Source: Candidatus Cloacimonadota bacterium (GTDB lineage: Bacteria > Cloacimonadota > Cloacimonadia > Cloacimonadales > WRIO01). From it: a DNA stretch of 13,365 bases. The stretch covers positions 1 to 13,365 of the forward strand of contig JAKQQL010000441.1 in the NCBI GenBank assembly GCA_029564175.1, given 5' to 3'. Of this stretch, positions 1 to 9,194 are shown one piece after another. Both the position numbers and the translations under genes were made by a program. Under the pieces are notes generated by a model. That model was not told where the DNA came from and searched no databases. It saw nothing but the letters and a program-made list of their open reading frames with translations. Numbering within the stretch: the stretch's first letter is position 1; the number at the start of each line of letters is the position of its first letter.

Positions 1-1
1 C

Positions 2-1312
2 TCTATCCCAGATTTGTATGAAAGATTTAAAGAAATCAACTCCGAAGATATTGATAATATCCTTAAATCAGATTCGGTGCCGGCAATCAGTATTGTTGCG
101 CCTGCCTATAATGAACAAGAGAATATTGTTACCAGCATAAATGCGATGTTACATCTGTCATACCGGCATATTGAAGTAGTTGTTGTAAATGATGGTTCTA
201 AAGATGATACTTTAAACCAGATCATCAGGGCTTTTGATTGTTACAAAGTACCTCCGGCAATACCAAGTTATGTTAAAACCAAACCAGTAAAAGCTTATTA
301 TAAATCGAAAATATATGCAAATTTACTGGTAATTGACAAAGAAAACGGAGGAAAGGCTGACTCTTTAAATGCAGGGATAAACGCTTGTACTTCACCTTTT
401 TTCATGGCTTGTGATGCTGATACCCTCATTGAAAAAGACGCTCTTAAAAGAATGATCAGACCTGTACTCATGAGAAAAAATACAATTGCCTGTGGTGGTA
501 CGATTCGGATTGTCAATGATTGTAAGGTGGAAAATGGCAATGTTACTAAGGTTAATTATCCAAAAAATTATCTGGCAGCTATTCAGGTCGTTGAGTATTT
601 AAGAGCATTTCTGTTTGGAAGATTGGGCTGGAATAAATTAGGAGGAAACTTGATCATTTCAGGTGCTTTCGGTTTGTTTAACAGAGAAGTGGTTTTAGAA
701 GCCGGTGCATACCGAACAGATACGGTTGGAGAAGATATGGAACTTACTGTCAGGTTACATCATTTAATGCTTGAAAAACATATCCCATACCGAATAGATT
801 TTATCCCTGATCCAGTAGCCTGGACAGAAGTGCCTTCTAGTTTGAAGGTACTTGCCCGTCAAAGAGAAAGATGGCATCGTGGGATGATTGATACGATGAT
901 CAGACATCGCAAAATGCTTTTTAATTTCAGTTATGGGCAGATAGGGATTATTGCTTATCCTTTCTTCGTTTTTGGTGAAATGCTTGTGCCTGTTTTTGAA
1001 ATATTAGGTTACATCGGAATTGGACTTGGCTTGTATTTTGGGTTGATAAATATTCCTTTTGCGGTATTGTTCTTTCTGGTAGCCTGGGGCTTAATGTTAA
1101 TTTTAACCTTGTTTTCTGTGTTTATGGAAGAGACCAGCTTTAGAAAGTATAATCATCAAAGTGATATTTTTAAAATGTTTGCTTATGCAGTTCTTGAAAA
1201 TGTAGGCTATAGACAGCTTACTGTCTGGTATAGATTGCAGGCTTTCTGGAAATATTTTCGAAAAGATAAAAAATGGGGAGAAATGACCCGAACAGGATTT
1301 AATAAAAAATGA
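2..1312 (+). CDS. Processive GT2 glycosyltransferase, PgaC/IcaA/YaiP-like (5' end lies outside the window)
   Basis: Motifs VNDGSKD, KENGGKADSLN, DADT, GEDMELT and QRERW, plus hydrophobic C-terminal helices. The frame is open from position 2 (SIPDL-YERF), so the TTG at 14 is probably not the true start. Confidence 0.9.
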   Translation, partial: SIPDLYERFKEINSEDIDNILKSDSVPAISIVAPAYNEQENIVTSINAMLHLSYRHIEVVVVNDGSKDDTLNQIIRAFDCYKVPPAIPSYVKTKPVKAYYKSKIYANLLVIDKENGGKADSLNAGINACTSPFFMACDADTLIEKDALKRMIRPVLMRKNTIACGGTIRIVNDCKVENGNVTKVNYPKNYLAAIQVVEYLRAFLFGRLGWNKLGGNLIISGAFGLFNREVVLEAGAYRTDTVGEDMELTVRLHHLMLEKHIPYRIDFIPDPVAWTEVPSSLKVLARQRERWHRGMIDTMIRHRKMLFNFSYGQIGIIAYPFFVFGEMLVPVFEILGYIGIGLGLYFGLINIPFAVLFFLVAWGLMLILTLFSVFMEETSFRKYNHQSDIFKMFAYAVLENVGYRQLTVWYRLQAFWKYFRKDKKWGEMTRTGFNKK

Positions 1313-1319
1313 GGATTTC

Positions 1320-2093
1320 ATGCGGTTTTATTCATTTAAATATGCAATAGTTTTATTAATAAGTTTACTAGTCAACTCTATATGGGCTGATAGTTTAGCA
1401 CTTTTTCAGAAACCAGTAACCCTGAGCTTGTCTGCTTCATGGTCTGCAAATAAAACAATTGATAACTGGAACAGTGATGCAGAACGTGTAGATTTTAGGC
1501 TTCTGAATTTATTAAGAGCCAGCTTTGGCAGAGAAAGACATTACCGTTACCAGACGACAGATGAAATGTACATTGCGGGTTTACATGATGTTCATGTATT
1601 TAAAGATACCCGTTTGAATATTGAATATGCTAATGTGCCAAAAGCCAGTTTTTTAAATAGAAATTATGAACAGGTATCAGTGCTGCACGTTAGAAATCAT
1701 AAAGTCATTAGTTTTGCTTATAAACGAAGTGATTATAAGATAAGTACTAATCAGCAGTTCAATCTCAATTTGGAGTATTATACAAAATCACCTTTATTCT
1801 TTAATTCAGGCTTAACTTATGTCTTTAGTGATAAAAATATCAGCGGTTTTTCTTATCTGTTTGGAGCGAATGCCGATATCTCTCCATTGATGTTATTTTC
1901 AGTTTTTTCATTGGGTGAAGAATTGAATAATGAAAGCAATCCGCCTTCACGGATCTATTATAGAGAAGTGTCAGTAAGAAGCAAATATATGCTTAATGAT
2001 AAGATAAACTGCTCATACGGACTCTCTTTGTATCAAAACAATTTAAATCATCAAAGACTGAATAATGATATTATGTTGGGTTTTATTTTTTAA
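1320..2093 (+). CDS. Putative outer-membrane beta-barrel, YaiO-like
   Basis: N-terminal signal peptide (..NSIWA/DS), Tyr/Phe-rich amphipathic strands, C-terminal LGFIF ending in Phe. RBS GAGG (1311-1314) overlaps the GT2 stop. The YaiO call is inferred from context and weak resemblance. Confidence 0.55.
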   Translation: MRFYSFKYAIVLLISLLVNSIWADSLALFQKPVTLSLSASWSANKTIDNWNSDAERVDFRLLNLLRASFGRERHYRYQTTDEMYIAGLHDVHVFKDTRLNIEYANVPKASFLNRNYEQVSVLHVRNHKVISFAYKRSDYKISTNQQFNLNLEYYTKSPLFFNSGLTYVFSDKNISGFSYLFGANADISPLMLFSVFSLGEELNNESNPPSRIYYREVSVRSKYMLNDKINCSYGLSLYQNNLNHQRLNNDIMLGFIF

Positions 2094-2208
2094 GAACCGG
2101 ATATCAGACAATTAAAAGCAATTTTTGACAGAATCTTTTTAAATCCATAGGATAAAAGTATCCATAAATATCATGAGAGCTTACTTCAATCATTTCTGAT
2201 AGTTATTC

Positions 2209-2240
2209 AAAAAAAAACTGCTGTCTTTTGGACAGCAGTT
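2209..2240 (-). terminator. Intrinsic terminator of the small lipoprotein gene
   Basis: 10-bp perfect stem AACTGCTGTC (2216-2225) / GACAGCAGTT (2231-2240), 5-nt loop. The A-run at 2209-2215 gives the U-tract on the minus strand. Confidence 0.85.
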
Positions 2241-2261
2241 CAGTTTAAATTAAACTCGGTC

Positions 2262-2426
2262 TTATTGTTGAGCTGGAGCTTGAGTAGTGTCAGCAACAAC
2301 AGTTGTGTCAACAACAGTTTCTTCAACAACTGGTTCAGCTGGAGCTTCTTCTTTTTTAGCGCAAGCTACAGTAGCGAATGCAACTACTACTAATGCAACA
2401 ACCATAAGTTTTTTAAATGCTTTCAT
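2262..2426 (-). CDS. Small 54-aa lipoprotein (absent from the ORF track)
   Basis: Hand translation: MKAFKKLMVVALVVVAFATVACAKKEEAPAEPVVEETVVDTTVVADTTQAPAQQ*. Lipobox TVAC (Cys22), RBS GGGAGG 8 nt upstream (2440-2435), own terminator, strongly biased codons (GCT, GTT, ACT, GAA, CCA). Confidence 0.88.
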   Translation of the reverse strand: MKAFKKLMVVALVVVAFATVACAKKEEAPAEPVVEETVVDTTVVADTTQAPAQQ

Positions 2427-2757
2427 TTTCTAATCCTCCCTCTATAACATCTTTTTTGTGTTATAGAATACGTTTTATTTTTATTTTTTACAGAGATCTT
2501 TGTCTCTTGTTTTCACGCTATGTTTTATTTCTAAATACCAATCTTATTATCTCAAAAATTATGGCAAGTTTTTTTTTAAAAAAAATGATTTTTTTTTGAA
2601 ACGAGTTTTTAAAATGAGGTTTTATAATATGATTTGTTCTGTTTATAAATCAATAAACATTGGAAATTCAGTAATTAGCAAAATTATCTTTGCAATTTGT
2701 TGACAATAATATTGCCTTTTTTTTGTATGTTAAAAAAAACAAAAAATGAGGATGAAA

Positions 2758-4659
2758 ATGCTAAATAAAGATGAATTGATTCAAAAAATTGAAAAACAAC
2801 GCGATCTTTCAAGAGCTGCAATATTAACGATGACAACATTGTCAGAATCTGGTCATCCAGGTGGCTCAATGTCTTGTATTGATATGTTGTTAAGTCTTTA
2901 TCATACAATGAATGTCGATCCACTTAATCCGCATAAAGAAGACAGAGATATGCTGGTGGTGAGTAATGGCCATATTTCTCCTGCAGTTTATACTGCTTTG
3001 GCTTGTTCTGGTTTTGTAAAACTGGAAGAAGCAGTGTCAGAATTTCGTTTAGCAAACAGTATTTTTGAAGGTCATATTGAGCCTGCTGTACCAGGTGTTG
3101 AATGGGCAAGCGGCAATTTGGGACAGGGTTTATCTGCAGCCTGTGGGTTTGCACTTGCAGGTAAAATGAAGCAAATTAACAATCAAATTTATGTCATCAT
3201 GGGTGATGGTGAACAACAAAAAGGTCAAATTAGTGAAGCAAGACGTTTTGCAAAAAAATATCAGTTGAATAATATGACCTGCTTTATTGACTACAACCAG
3301 TTACAGATAAACGGAGATATACATCAGGTAATGCCACAGGATATTATCAGTAATTTTAAAAGTGATGGATGGGAAGTTATTGAGATTAATGGACATTGTA
3401 TCAGTGAAATTCTGGATGCAATTGAAAAAGCTAAATCTGTGGATGCTCCGGTGATGATATTAGCTCATACCATTATGGGTAAAGGCGTTTCATTTATGGA
3501 GAACAAAGAGAAATATCATGGATCCACTTTACCAAAAGCAGATTGCTTGAGAGCGCTTGAAGAATTAAAAGTGGATTTTGATTTTAATCATTATGAGAAT
3601 TTAAGAAAAGAAGCGATTGTATCATGTAACAGATCAGAATACCCAGTCAAAGAAGATAATATGATCAGTTTGACTGATAGTCCGATTAGAGTTTATACAA
3701 AGTCAACAGATAATCGATCTGCCTGGGGCAATGCTTTGGAAGATATTGCCAAAATGAATCATGACAGCAAAACAAAACTGGCTGTTTTTGACTGCGATTT
3801 GATGGGTAGTGTGAAAACGAACGGATTTCAGAAAGAAATGCCCGAAAATTTCTTCCAGGCAGGTATTATGGAACATCATACAGCCGTGTGCGCTGCTGCT
3901 TTATCAAAAATGAATGTTCAGACCTTTTTTGCTGATTTTGGGGTTTTTGGTATTGACGAGACATACAATCAGCATCGTCTGAGTGATATCAATGAAACCA
4001 GTTTGAAAGTGATCAATACCCATGTGGGCTTAGATGTCGGAGAAGACGGAAAAACGCATCAATGTATTGATTATGTAGGTCTGATGCGAAATTTATATCA
4101 TTTTCAGGTGATTGTGCCTGCTGATCCTAATCAGACAGACAGAGCGGTTCATTATGCGGCAATGCATCAGGGTAATGTGGTGATGGCAATGGGGCGCTCA
4201 AAACTGGATATACTCACTAAAGAGAATGGAGAAGTTTTCTTTGATGAAAATTATACTTTTAAATATGGAAAAGCAGATAAACTCAGAGAAGGCAATGATG
4301 GCGCTTTACTGGTGATGGGTACTTTAGCTGGTAATGCTTTAAAAGTGGTCGATCAGTTGGCACAAGAAGGTATCAAACTCGAATTATGGAATGTATCATG
4401 CCCTGTGAAAGCAGATGAAGAGATGTTGTCCTCAATCGCTCAAAAGAAGATAGTGTTTACTTATGAAGATCACAATGTAAACACCGGACTAGGTTCGATT
4501 GTTGCAGATCAGATGATGAATCGCTCCTTATTTACAAAATTAGTGAAATTTGGTGTTGAAAACTATGCCTGCTCCGGAACAGCTGAGGATGTCTATAAAT
4601 ACTGCAAATTAGATATTGACAGCTTGACTGACAGAATTAAAACCAGTTTAAACAGATAA
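2758..4659 (+). CDS. tkt: Transketolase, single chain
   Basis: SGHPGGSMS, SNGHISP, EGH, GNLGQG, TPP motif GDGEQQKG...N, THVGLDVGEDGKTHQ, EDH. Start placed at ATG 2758 because GAGG lies at 2748-2751; in-frame ATGs also occur at 2746 and 2752. Confidence 0.93.
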   Translation: MLNKDELIQKIEKQRDLSRAAILTMTTLSESGHPGGSMSCIDMLLSLYHTMNVDPLNPHKEDRDMLVVSNGHISPAVYTALACSGFVKLEEAVSEFRLANSIFEGHIEPAVPGVEWASGNLGQGLSAACGFALAGKMKQINNQIYVIMGDGEQQKGQISEARRFAKKYQLNNMTCFIDYNQLQINGDIHQVMPQDIISNFKSDGWEVIEINGHCISEILDAIEKAKSVDAPVMILAHTIMGKGVSFMENKEKYHGSTLPKADCLRALEELKVDFDFNHYENLRKEAIVSCNRSEYPVKEDNMISLTDSPIRVYTKSTDNRSAWGNALEDIAKMNHDSKTKLAVFDCDLMGSVKTNGFQKEMPENFFQAGIMEHHTAVCAAALSKMNVQTFFADFGVFGIDETYNQHRLSDINETSLKVINTHVGLDVGEDGKTHQCIDYVGLMRNLYHFQVIVPADPNQTDRAVHYAAMHQGNVVMAMGRSKLDILTKENGEVFFDENYTFKYGKADKLREGNDGALLVMGTLAGNALKVVDQLAQEGIKLELWNVSCPVKADEEMLSSIAQKKIVFTYEDHNVNTGLGSIVADQMMNRSLFTKLVKFGVENYACSGTAEDVYKYCKLDIDSLTDRIKTSLNR

Positions 4660-4681
4660 AAAAGAAGATAATATATAATTT

Positions 4682-4713
4682 GAAGGAGATTTATTTAGTC
4701 TCCTTCTTTTTTT
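4682..4713 (+). terminator. Intrinsic terminator after tkt
   Basis: Stem GAAGGAGA / TCTCCTTC, 9-nt loop, followed by T7. Confidence 0.8.
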
Positions 4714-4766
4714 GGAATGATATTTGCTATTTTACTAATCAAAATGTATAAATATTTGGAGGCGAG

Positions 4767-5816
4767 ATGAAAAAGTTTTTATACCTGCTCATCACATTGA
4801 GCTTAATTGTTTTTGGCTGTGCTAAAGCCAATGATCCTTATCAGGAAGAACATAAGATGAAAATAGTGACTTCTTATTCAACAATAGGTAATCCTTTGCA
4901 TATGGATTCTTCTGGTGAATTGATTTTTATAGCAGAAGATTTTGGTGGATTCAGAATTATCAATAAAAATACAAACAATGTCGTTTTCTATGCAAAGGAA
5001 GTTGTTCAGTCGTTAGTCCCGAAATATTTTCAAGCAAAAGCGATAAATTATAATGCAGAAACAAAAGTAATTGTTCTAACAAATAGACTTCAAGGGACAG
5101 CAGGTGCTAATTGGCAAATGGAATTTTATGATTATTCAGATCAGGATACAATCTCTTATATTGATATGAGTTCAGGAGATACTATTGGTATCTTACCGGT
5201 TTTATGGAATAATCCAAGTAATCCTATATATGATTTTGAAATATACAGAACTACAAAAAGCAGTTATAAGGTTACCAGATCAAATGTAAATCTAAGTTCT
5301 TTACCTGTGAACAGGGATTCGATGAGCTACTCTGTTTATCCTGACACTCCTCAAAAATTTAGTGTTGATGAAAATTACGTTACAATTGCCAAAGGACAAA
5401 CCGGAGTTAGTGTTTTTAACAGATTAACAGGGGAAGAGATTACTTCATTTGATACTCCAGGTTATGCTCTTCAGGCGACAAAAAAGAATAATTACATATT
5501 TGTAGCGGATCAACAATTAGGTCTTCAAGTTTACAAACTAGATTCAAATATGAATTCGAGTAATATTTATTCATTTGACACAACCGGTTATGCAGAAAAT
5601 ATTGAGATTAAAGATAACTATCTAGCTTTATCTTCTACATCAGGCGGAGTTTATCTTTTTGATATAACAAATTCAGATAATGTAAAATTGGTTGACAGAT
5701 TATCAATGACTCAAGTTGGTTATGTGAACAATGTCCATTTTTCAAAGGATGGAAATGAAAAAGTATTGTATGTTTTAAGCCGTGACAAAGGTGTTTTAAA
5801 GATTCAGATAGATTAA
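4767..5816 (+). CDS. Lipoprotein with LVIVD-like repeats (probable beta-propeller)
   Basis: Lipobox VFGC (Cys18). Repeated SFDTPGYA / SFDTTGYA units followed by YIFVAD...GLQVY and YLALS...GVYLFDI. RBS GGAGG upstream. Confidence 0.75.
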   Translation: MKKFLYLLITLSLIVFGCAKANDPYQEEHKMKIVTSYSTIGNPLHMDSSGELIFIAEDFGGFRIINKNTNNVVFYAKEVVQSLVPKYFQAKAINYNAETKVIVLTNRLQGTAGANWQMEFYDYSDQDTISYIDMSSGDTIGILPVLWNNPSNPIYDFEIYRTTKSSYKVTRSNVNLSSLPVNRDSMSYSVYPDTPQKFSVDENYVTIAKGQTGVSVFNRLTGEEITSFDTPGYALQATKKNNYIFVADQQLGLQVYKLDSNMNSSNIYSFDTTGYAENIEIKDNYLALSSTSGGVYLFDITNSDNVKLVDRLSMTQVGYVNNVHFSKDGNEKVLYVLSRDKGVLKIQID

Positions 5817-5837
5817 AAAATTATAGAATTTTTGAAT

Positions 5838-5862
5838 GGCGCAGTTTACTGCGCCTTTTTTT
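5838..5862 (+). terminator. Intrinsic terminator
   Basis: GGCGCAG-TTTA-CTGCGCC followed by T7. Confidence 0.88.
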
Positions 5863-5881
5863 ATGTTCAGAGATTAAACAC

Positions 5882-5909
5882 TTGACTGTTTTGGATTAGT
5901 TTGTAAAAT
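5882..5909 (+). promoter_or_regulatory. Sigma70-type promoter for tsaB
   Basis: TTGACT-N16-TAAAAT, located between the terminator and the tsaB RBS. Confidence 0.55.
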
Positions 5910-5940
5910 ATGTTCAAGAAAACATAAAAAAAGAGGTCAT

Positions 5941-6645
5941 ATGCTTTACTTAGCGATTGATACAAGTGCTAATTCCGGTAGTATTGCACTTGAAAAAGAT
6001 GGAAAGATCATTTTTGTTTTTTATACAGATATACAGATCACTCATTCTGAAAGGTTGATGCCACAGATTGAACAGGCATTCAAAGTCAATAATCTGTCAG
6101 CAAAGGACCTGGATGCTGTATTATTATCTAACGGACCCGGGTCATTTACTGGTATTCGTATTGGTTTGGCAACAGCTAAAGGGATTTGTTATGCACATCA
6201 GATTCCGTTGATTCCTTTTAATACGCTTGAAATGCATGCTGTTAATGCCATCCATAGAAATCATCTGATTTTATCAGTAATTGATGCTAAAATGAATGAA
6301 ATTTATGCAAGCCTTTACGATGAGAATTTAACAGAAAAATTAGCCCCTCAATGTTGCCCTGTTGATAAACTCGTTGAGGATTTGAAAAAACTGAATATTT
6401 CACAGGTTATCCTGTGTGGTGATATCATGGAGGCTCTGACAATCAAACTGACAGAGAATCATATCCATTACCATTTATTAGCTAAGCATCAAAATCTAAA
6501 TATGGTAACTTCCTTATTTACATTGTTTGAACTCAGACAAGTTAAACCGGTATGGGATATGCAAGCATTTTCTGATCTTGAGCCTTATTATGTAAGAAGC
6601 TCATTAGCCCAGATAAACAAAAAAGATAAAAAAACAGAAATTTAA
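5941..6645 (+). CDS. tsaB: tRNA threonylcarbamoyladenosine biosynthesis protein TsaB
   Basis: LAIDTS, HSERLMP, GPGSFTGIRIG, IDAK..E.Y and C-terminal LEPYYVR. Confidence 0.95.
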   Translation: MLYLAIDTSANSGSIALEKDGKIIFVFYTDIQITHSERLMPQIEQAFKVNNLSAKDLDAVLLSNGPGSFTGIRIGLATAKGICYAHQIPLIPFNTLEMHAVNAIHRNHLILSVIDAKMNEIYASLYDENLTEKLAPQCCPVDKLVEDLKKLNISQVILCGDIMEALTIKLTENHIHYHLLAKHQNLNMVTSLFTLFELRQVKPVWDMQAFSDLEPYYVRSSLAQINKKDKKTEI

Positions 6646-6668
6646 TTAACAGATTCTTGAGATTTAGT

Positions 6669-6696
6669 TTGATAAATGAAAAGATCTGATTATAAT
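6669..6696 (+). promoter_or_regulatory. Sigma70-type promoter for the ferritin-like gene
   Basis: TTGATA-N16-TATAAT. Confidence 0.55.
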
Positions 6697-6728
6697 ATAA
6701 AAAAAGACAATATATAGTGGAGGATAAA

Positions 6729-7217
6729 ATGAACCTGTTTTCAACAAACGAAGTAATTGAAATGGCTGTGCAGATTGAAAGAAGCGGTTATACTTTCTAT
6801 AATCATGCCTTGTCAAAAGAAACACTGGCACCTTCAACACGAGACCTGATAAGCATGTTAAGAGATCAGGAAGTCAAACATGAACAATATTTTTTAAGTT
6901 TGAGAGATGAAAAAGACCTGTTCAATATGGATGAAACTCAGGATTGGGAGATGGTGTCCGCTTATATCAAGATGATTACAGACGCCCGTTTGTTTAATGA
7001 TGAACATTCAGCGATCAAACTGGTTGATCAGTCCAGATCTGATTTAGAAATCATTGATTATGCGATTACTTTTGAAAAAGATACGCTGTTGTTTTTCCAT
7101 ACTTTGAAAGATAAAGTTAACGGATTAAAAACCAAAGAAGTGATTCAAAATATTATTCAGGAAGAAATTACACACGTTTTCCATTTGACTGAGTTTAAGA
7201 AAAAAATAGTTAAATAG
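6729..7217 (+). CDS. Rubrerythrin/ferritin-like diiron protein without a rubredoxin domain
   Basis: Two E...ExxH halves: AVQIERSGYTFY...EVKH and AITFEKDTLLFF...EEITH. No CxxC pairs. Start moved to ATG 6729 because GGAGG lies at 6719-6723. Confidence 0.85.
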   Translation: MNLFSTNEVIEMAVQIERSGYTFYNHALSKETLAPSTRDLISMLRDQEVKHEQYFLSLRDEKDLFNMDETQDWEMVSAYIKMITDARLFNDEHSAIKLVDQSRSDLEIIDYAITFEKDTLLFFHTLKDKVNGLKTKEVIQNIIQEEITHVFHLTEFKKKIVK

Positions 7218-7373
7218 TCTTGTAACATAAACTGTCAGACAAAGCAGATTTTGGGTATTTATAAACGTGATGAGGAGCAATTAAAGATTGGATTTTCGTT
7301 TTTTTGAACCAAGTCTTGCTATGCTGGTTTATAATCATGTCTGATTCTTCAACTTTATACGAAAGGGGTAATC

Positions 7374-9044
7374 ATGTTAAATGATCAGGAAATAGCACAT
7401 TCTATTGAGATGAAACCGATAACAGAAATAGCAGAAACCATTGGTTTAAATGCCGATGATTTGGAACTTTATGGTAAATATAAGGCAAAAATTTCTTATG
7501 ACGCTTTAAAAAAACTGGAAGATAAACCAATGGGGCAACTCATTTTGGTTTCAGCGATTACACCAACCCCTGCCGGAGAAGGAAAGACGACCAATACGAT
7601 TGGACTAGCTCAGGCATTAAATAAGATAGGTAAGAAAGCTATAGCAGCCATCAGAGAGCCTTCTCTTGGTCCGGTTTTTGGTATTAAGGGAGGTGCAGCC
7701 GGAGGTGGTTATTCACAGGTGCTTCCCATGGAGGATATCAATCTTCATTTTACCGGTGATTTCCATGCGATCACCACAGCAAACAATACACTAGCAGCTT
7801 TGATTGATAATTACGTTTATTATGATAATGAACTCAATATTGATCCACGCAGAATACTCTGGAAAAGAGTCCTTGATGTGAATGATCGGATGCTGAGAGA
7901 ATGTATTATCGGATTAGGTGGCAGTAAACAAGGTTTTCCACGACAAGAAGGTTTTGATATAACACCTGCTTCTGAAATAATGGCGATACTATGCCTGTCA
8001 AATAATATAACAGAATTGAAACAACGGATAGGAGAGATAACCGTAGGCTTTACTTACAGTGGTCAATTGGTAAAAGTGAAAGATTTACATTTTGAAGGGG
8101 CAATAACGGCTTTACTTAAAGATGCATTAAAACCCAATCTTGTTCAGACACTTGAACATACTCCTGCTTTTGTTCATGGCGGACCTTTTGCCAATATTGC
8201 CCAAGGAGCTAATAGTATCCTTGCGACTAAAACAGCGCTTCGTCTGGCTGATTATGCCGTAACTGAAGCAGGATTTGGTTTTGATCTTGGCGCTGAGAAA
8301 TTCTTCGATATTGTGAGCCGTTATGGTGAATTTTGTACTTCTGCTGTTGTACTAGTGGCAACAGTCAGAGCCATAAAAATGCATGGTGGTGCAAAATTGA
8401 AAGATATCACAGTTCCAAATCCTCAGGCAGTTGAAAAAGGGCTTGAAAATCTGGGTAAGCATCTTGAAAATATCAATAAATTTGGTATGAAAGCAGTCGT
8501 TTCAATAAACCGATTTGTAACCGACAGAGATGAAGAGTTAAATCTGATCAAATCATTTTGTGAATCAAAAGGTTTTGATGCCTTTATTGTAGATTTCTGG
8601 GCAAAAGGCGGAGAGGGTGGTATCGATCTGGCTCATAAAGTAGTCGATATGATCGAACATCATGTATGTAAACAACGCTTTTTGTATAACTGGAAAACAC
8701 CGATCGAAGAAAAAATTGAAACAATAACCAGAGAAATCTATGGGGCAGAAGCGATTGACTATTCCCCAACAGCTAAACAGGATTTGAAATATCTGAAAAA
8801 GTTTGGCTATGAGAATTTGCCGGTATGTATGGCAAAAACTCAGAAATCTTTATCTGATAATCCTGAATTACTGGGAAGACCTAAAGACTTTCTGGTAACT
8901 GTCAGAGAAATAAAGCTTGCTTCTGGAGCTGGTTTTGTTATCCCGATAACCGGTGAGATTATGCGAATGCCTGGCTTATCAAAGAATCCATCAGCCATTC
9001 ATATTGATGTGGATGAGGAAGGAAATATCACAGGTCTTTTCTAA
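7374..9044 (+). CDS. fhs: Formate--tetrahydrofolate ligase
   Basis: TPAGEGKTT, GIKGGAAGGGYSQV, NLHFTGDFHAI, HGGPFANIA, MRMPGL, C-terminal GLF; 556 aa. Confidence 0.98.
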   Translation: MLNDQEIAHSIEMKPITEIAETIGLNADDLELYGKYKAKISYDALKKLEDKPMGQLILVSAITPTPAGEGKTTNTIGLAQALNKIGKKAIAAIREPSLGPVFGIKGGAAGGGYSQVLPMEDINLHFTGDFHAITTANNTLAALIDNYVYYDNELNIDPRRILWKRVLDVNDRMLRECIIGLGGSKQGFPRQEGFDITPASEIMAILCLSNNITELKQRIGEITVGFTYSGQLVKVKDLHFEGAITALLKDALKPNLVQTLEHTPAFVHGGPFANIAQGANSILATKTALRLADYAVTEAGFGFDLGAEKFFDIVSRYGEFCTSAVVLVATVRAIKMHGGAKLKDITVPNPQAVEKGLENLGKHLENINKFGMKAVVSINRFVTDRDEELNLIKSFCESKGFDAFIVDFWAKGGEGGIDLAHKVVDMIEHHVCKQRFLYNWKTPIEEKIETITREIYGAEAIDYSPTAKQDLKYLKKFGYENLPVCMAKTQKSLSDNPELLGRPKDFLVTVREIKLASGAGFVIPITGEIMRMPGLSKNPSAIHIDVDEEGNITGLF

Positions 9045-9057
9045 AACAAATCTTTTT

Positions 9058-9099
9058 GATGCAGATTACCATAAAGAGTGATCTGCATCTTATTTTTTT
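9058..9099 (+). terminator. Intrinsic terminator after fhs
   Basis: 12-bp stem GATGCAGATTAC / GTGATCTGCATC (one G-U pair), 8-nt loop, T-rich tail. Confidence 0.85.
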
Positions 9100-9194
9100 A
9101 ATGCATAAATCTGAAATTGTTCGCTTGAAAATAATTTCTACTTAATCTAAACCAATTGAACCAAAGAAAAAATGAAAAATTGATAGGAATAATC

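Noticed and set aside
298..1321. Minus-strand ORFs 298..540 and 1103..1321
   Set aside because: Antisense shadows of the GT2 gene with no recognisable motifs.
2700..2731. TTGACA upstream of tkt as a -35 element
   Set aside because: The best -10 candidate (TATGTT) is 20 nt away, so the spacing is too poor to call.
2417..2923. ORFs 2417..2599 (+), 2500..2703 (+) and 2684..2923 (-)
   Set aside because: Phe/Ile/Lys-rich translations of AT-rich divergent promoter DNA; they overlap the real lipoprotein start or tkt.
2924..3154. Minus-strand 76-aa ORF
   Set aside because: Antisense shadow inside tkt.
7217..7373. ZTP (pfl) or THF riboswitch, or a C/D-box RNA (GTGATGA at 7267, CTGA at 7341), upstream of fhs
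   Set aside because: The conserved riboswitch cores are not recognisable. C/D-like words are short, expected by chance, and such RNAs are not typical of bacteria.
8584..8769. Minus-strand 61-aa ORF
   Set aside because: Antisense shadow inside fhs.
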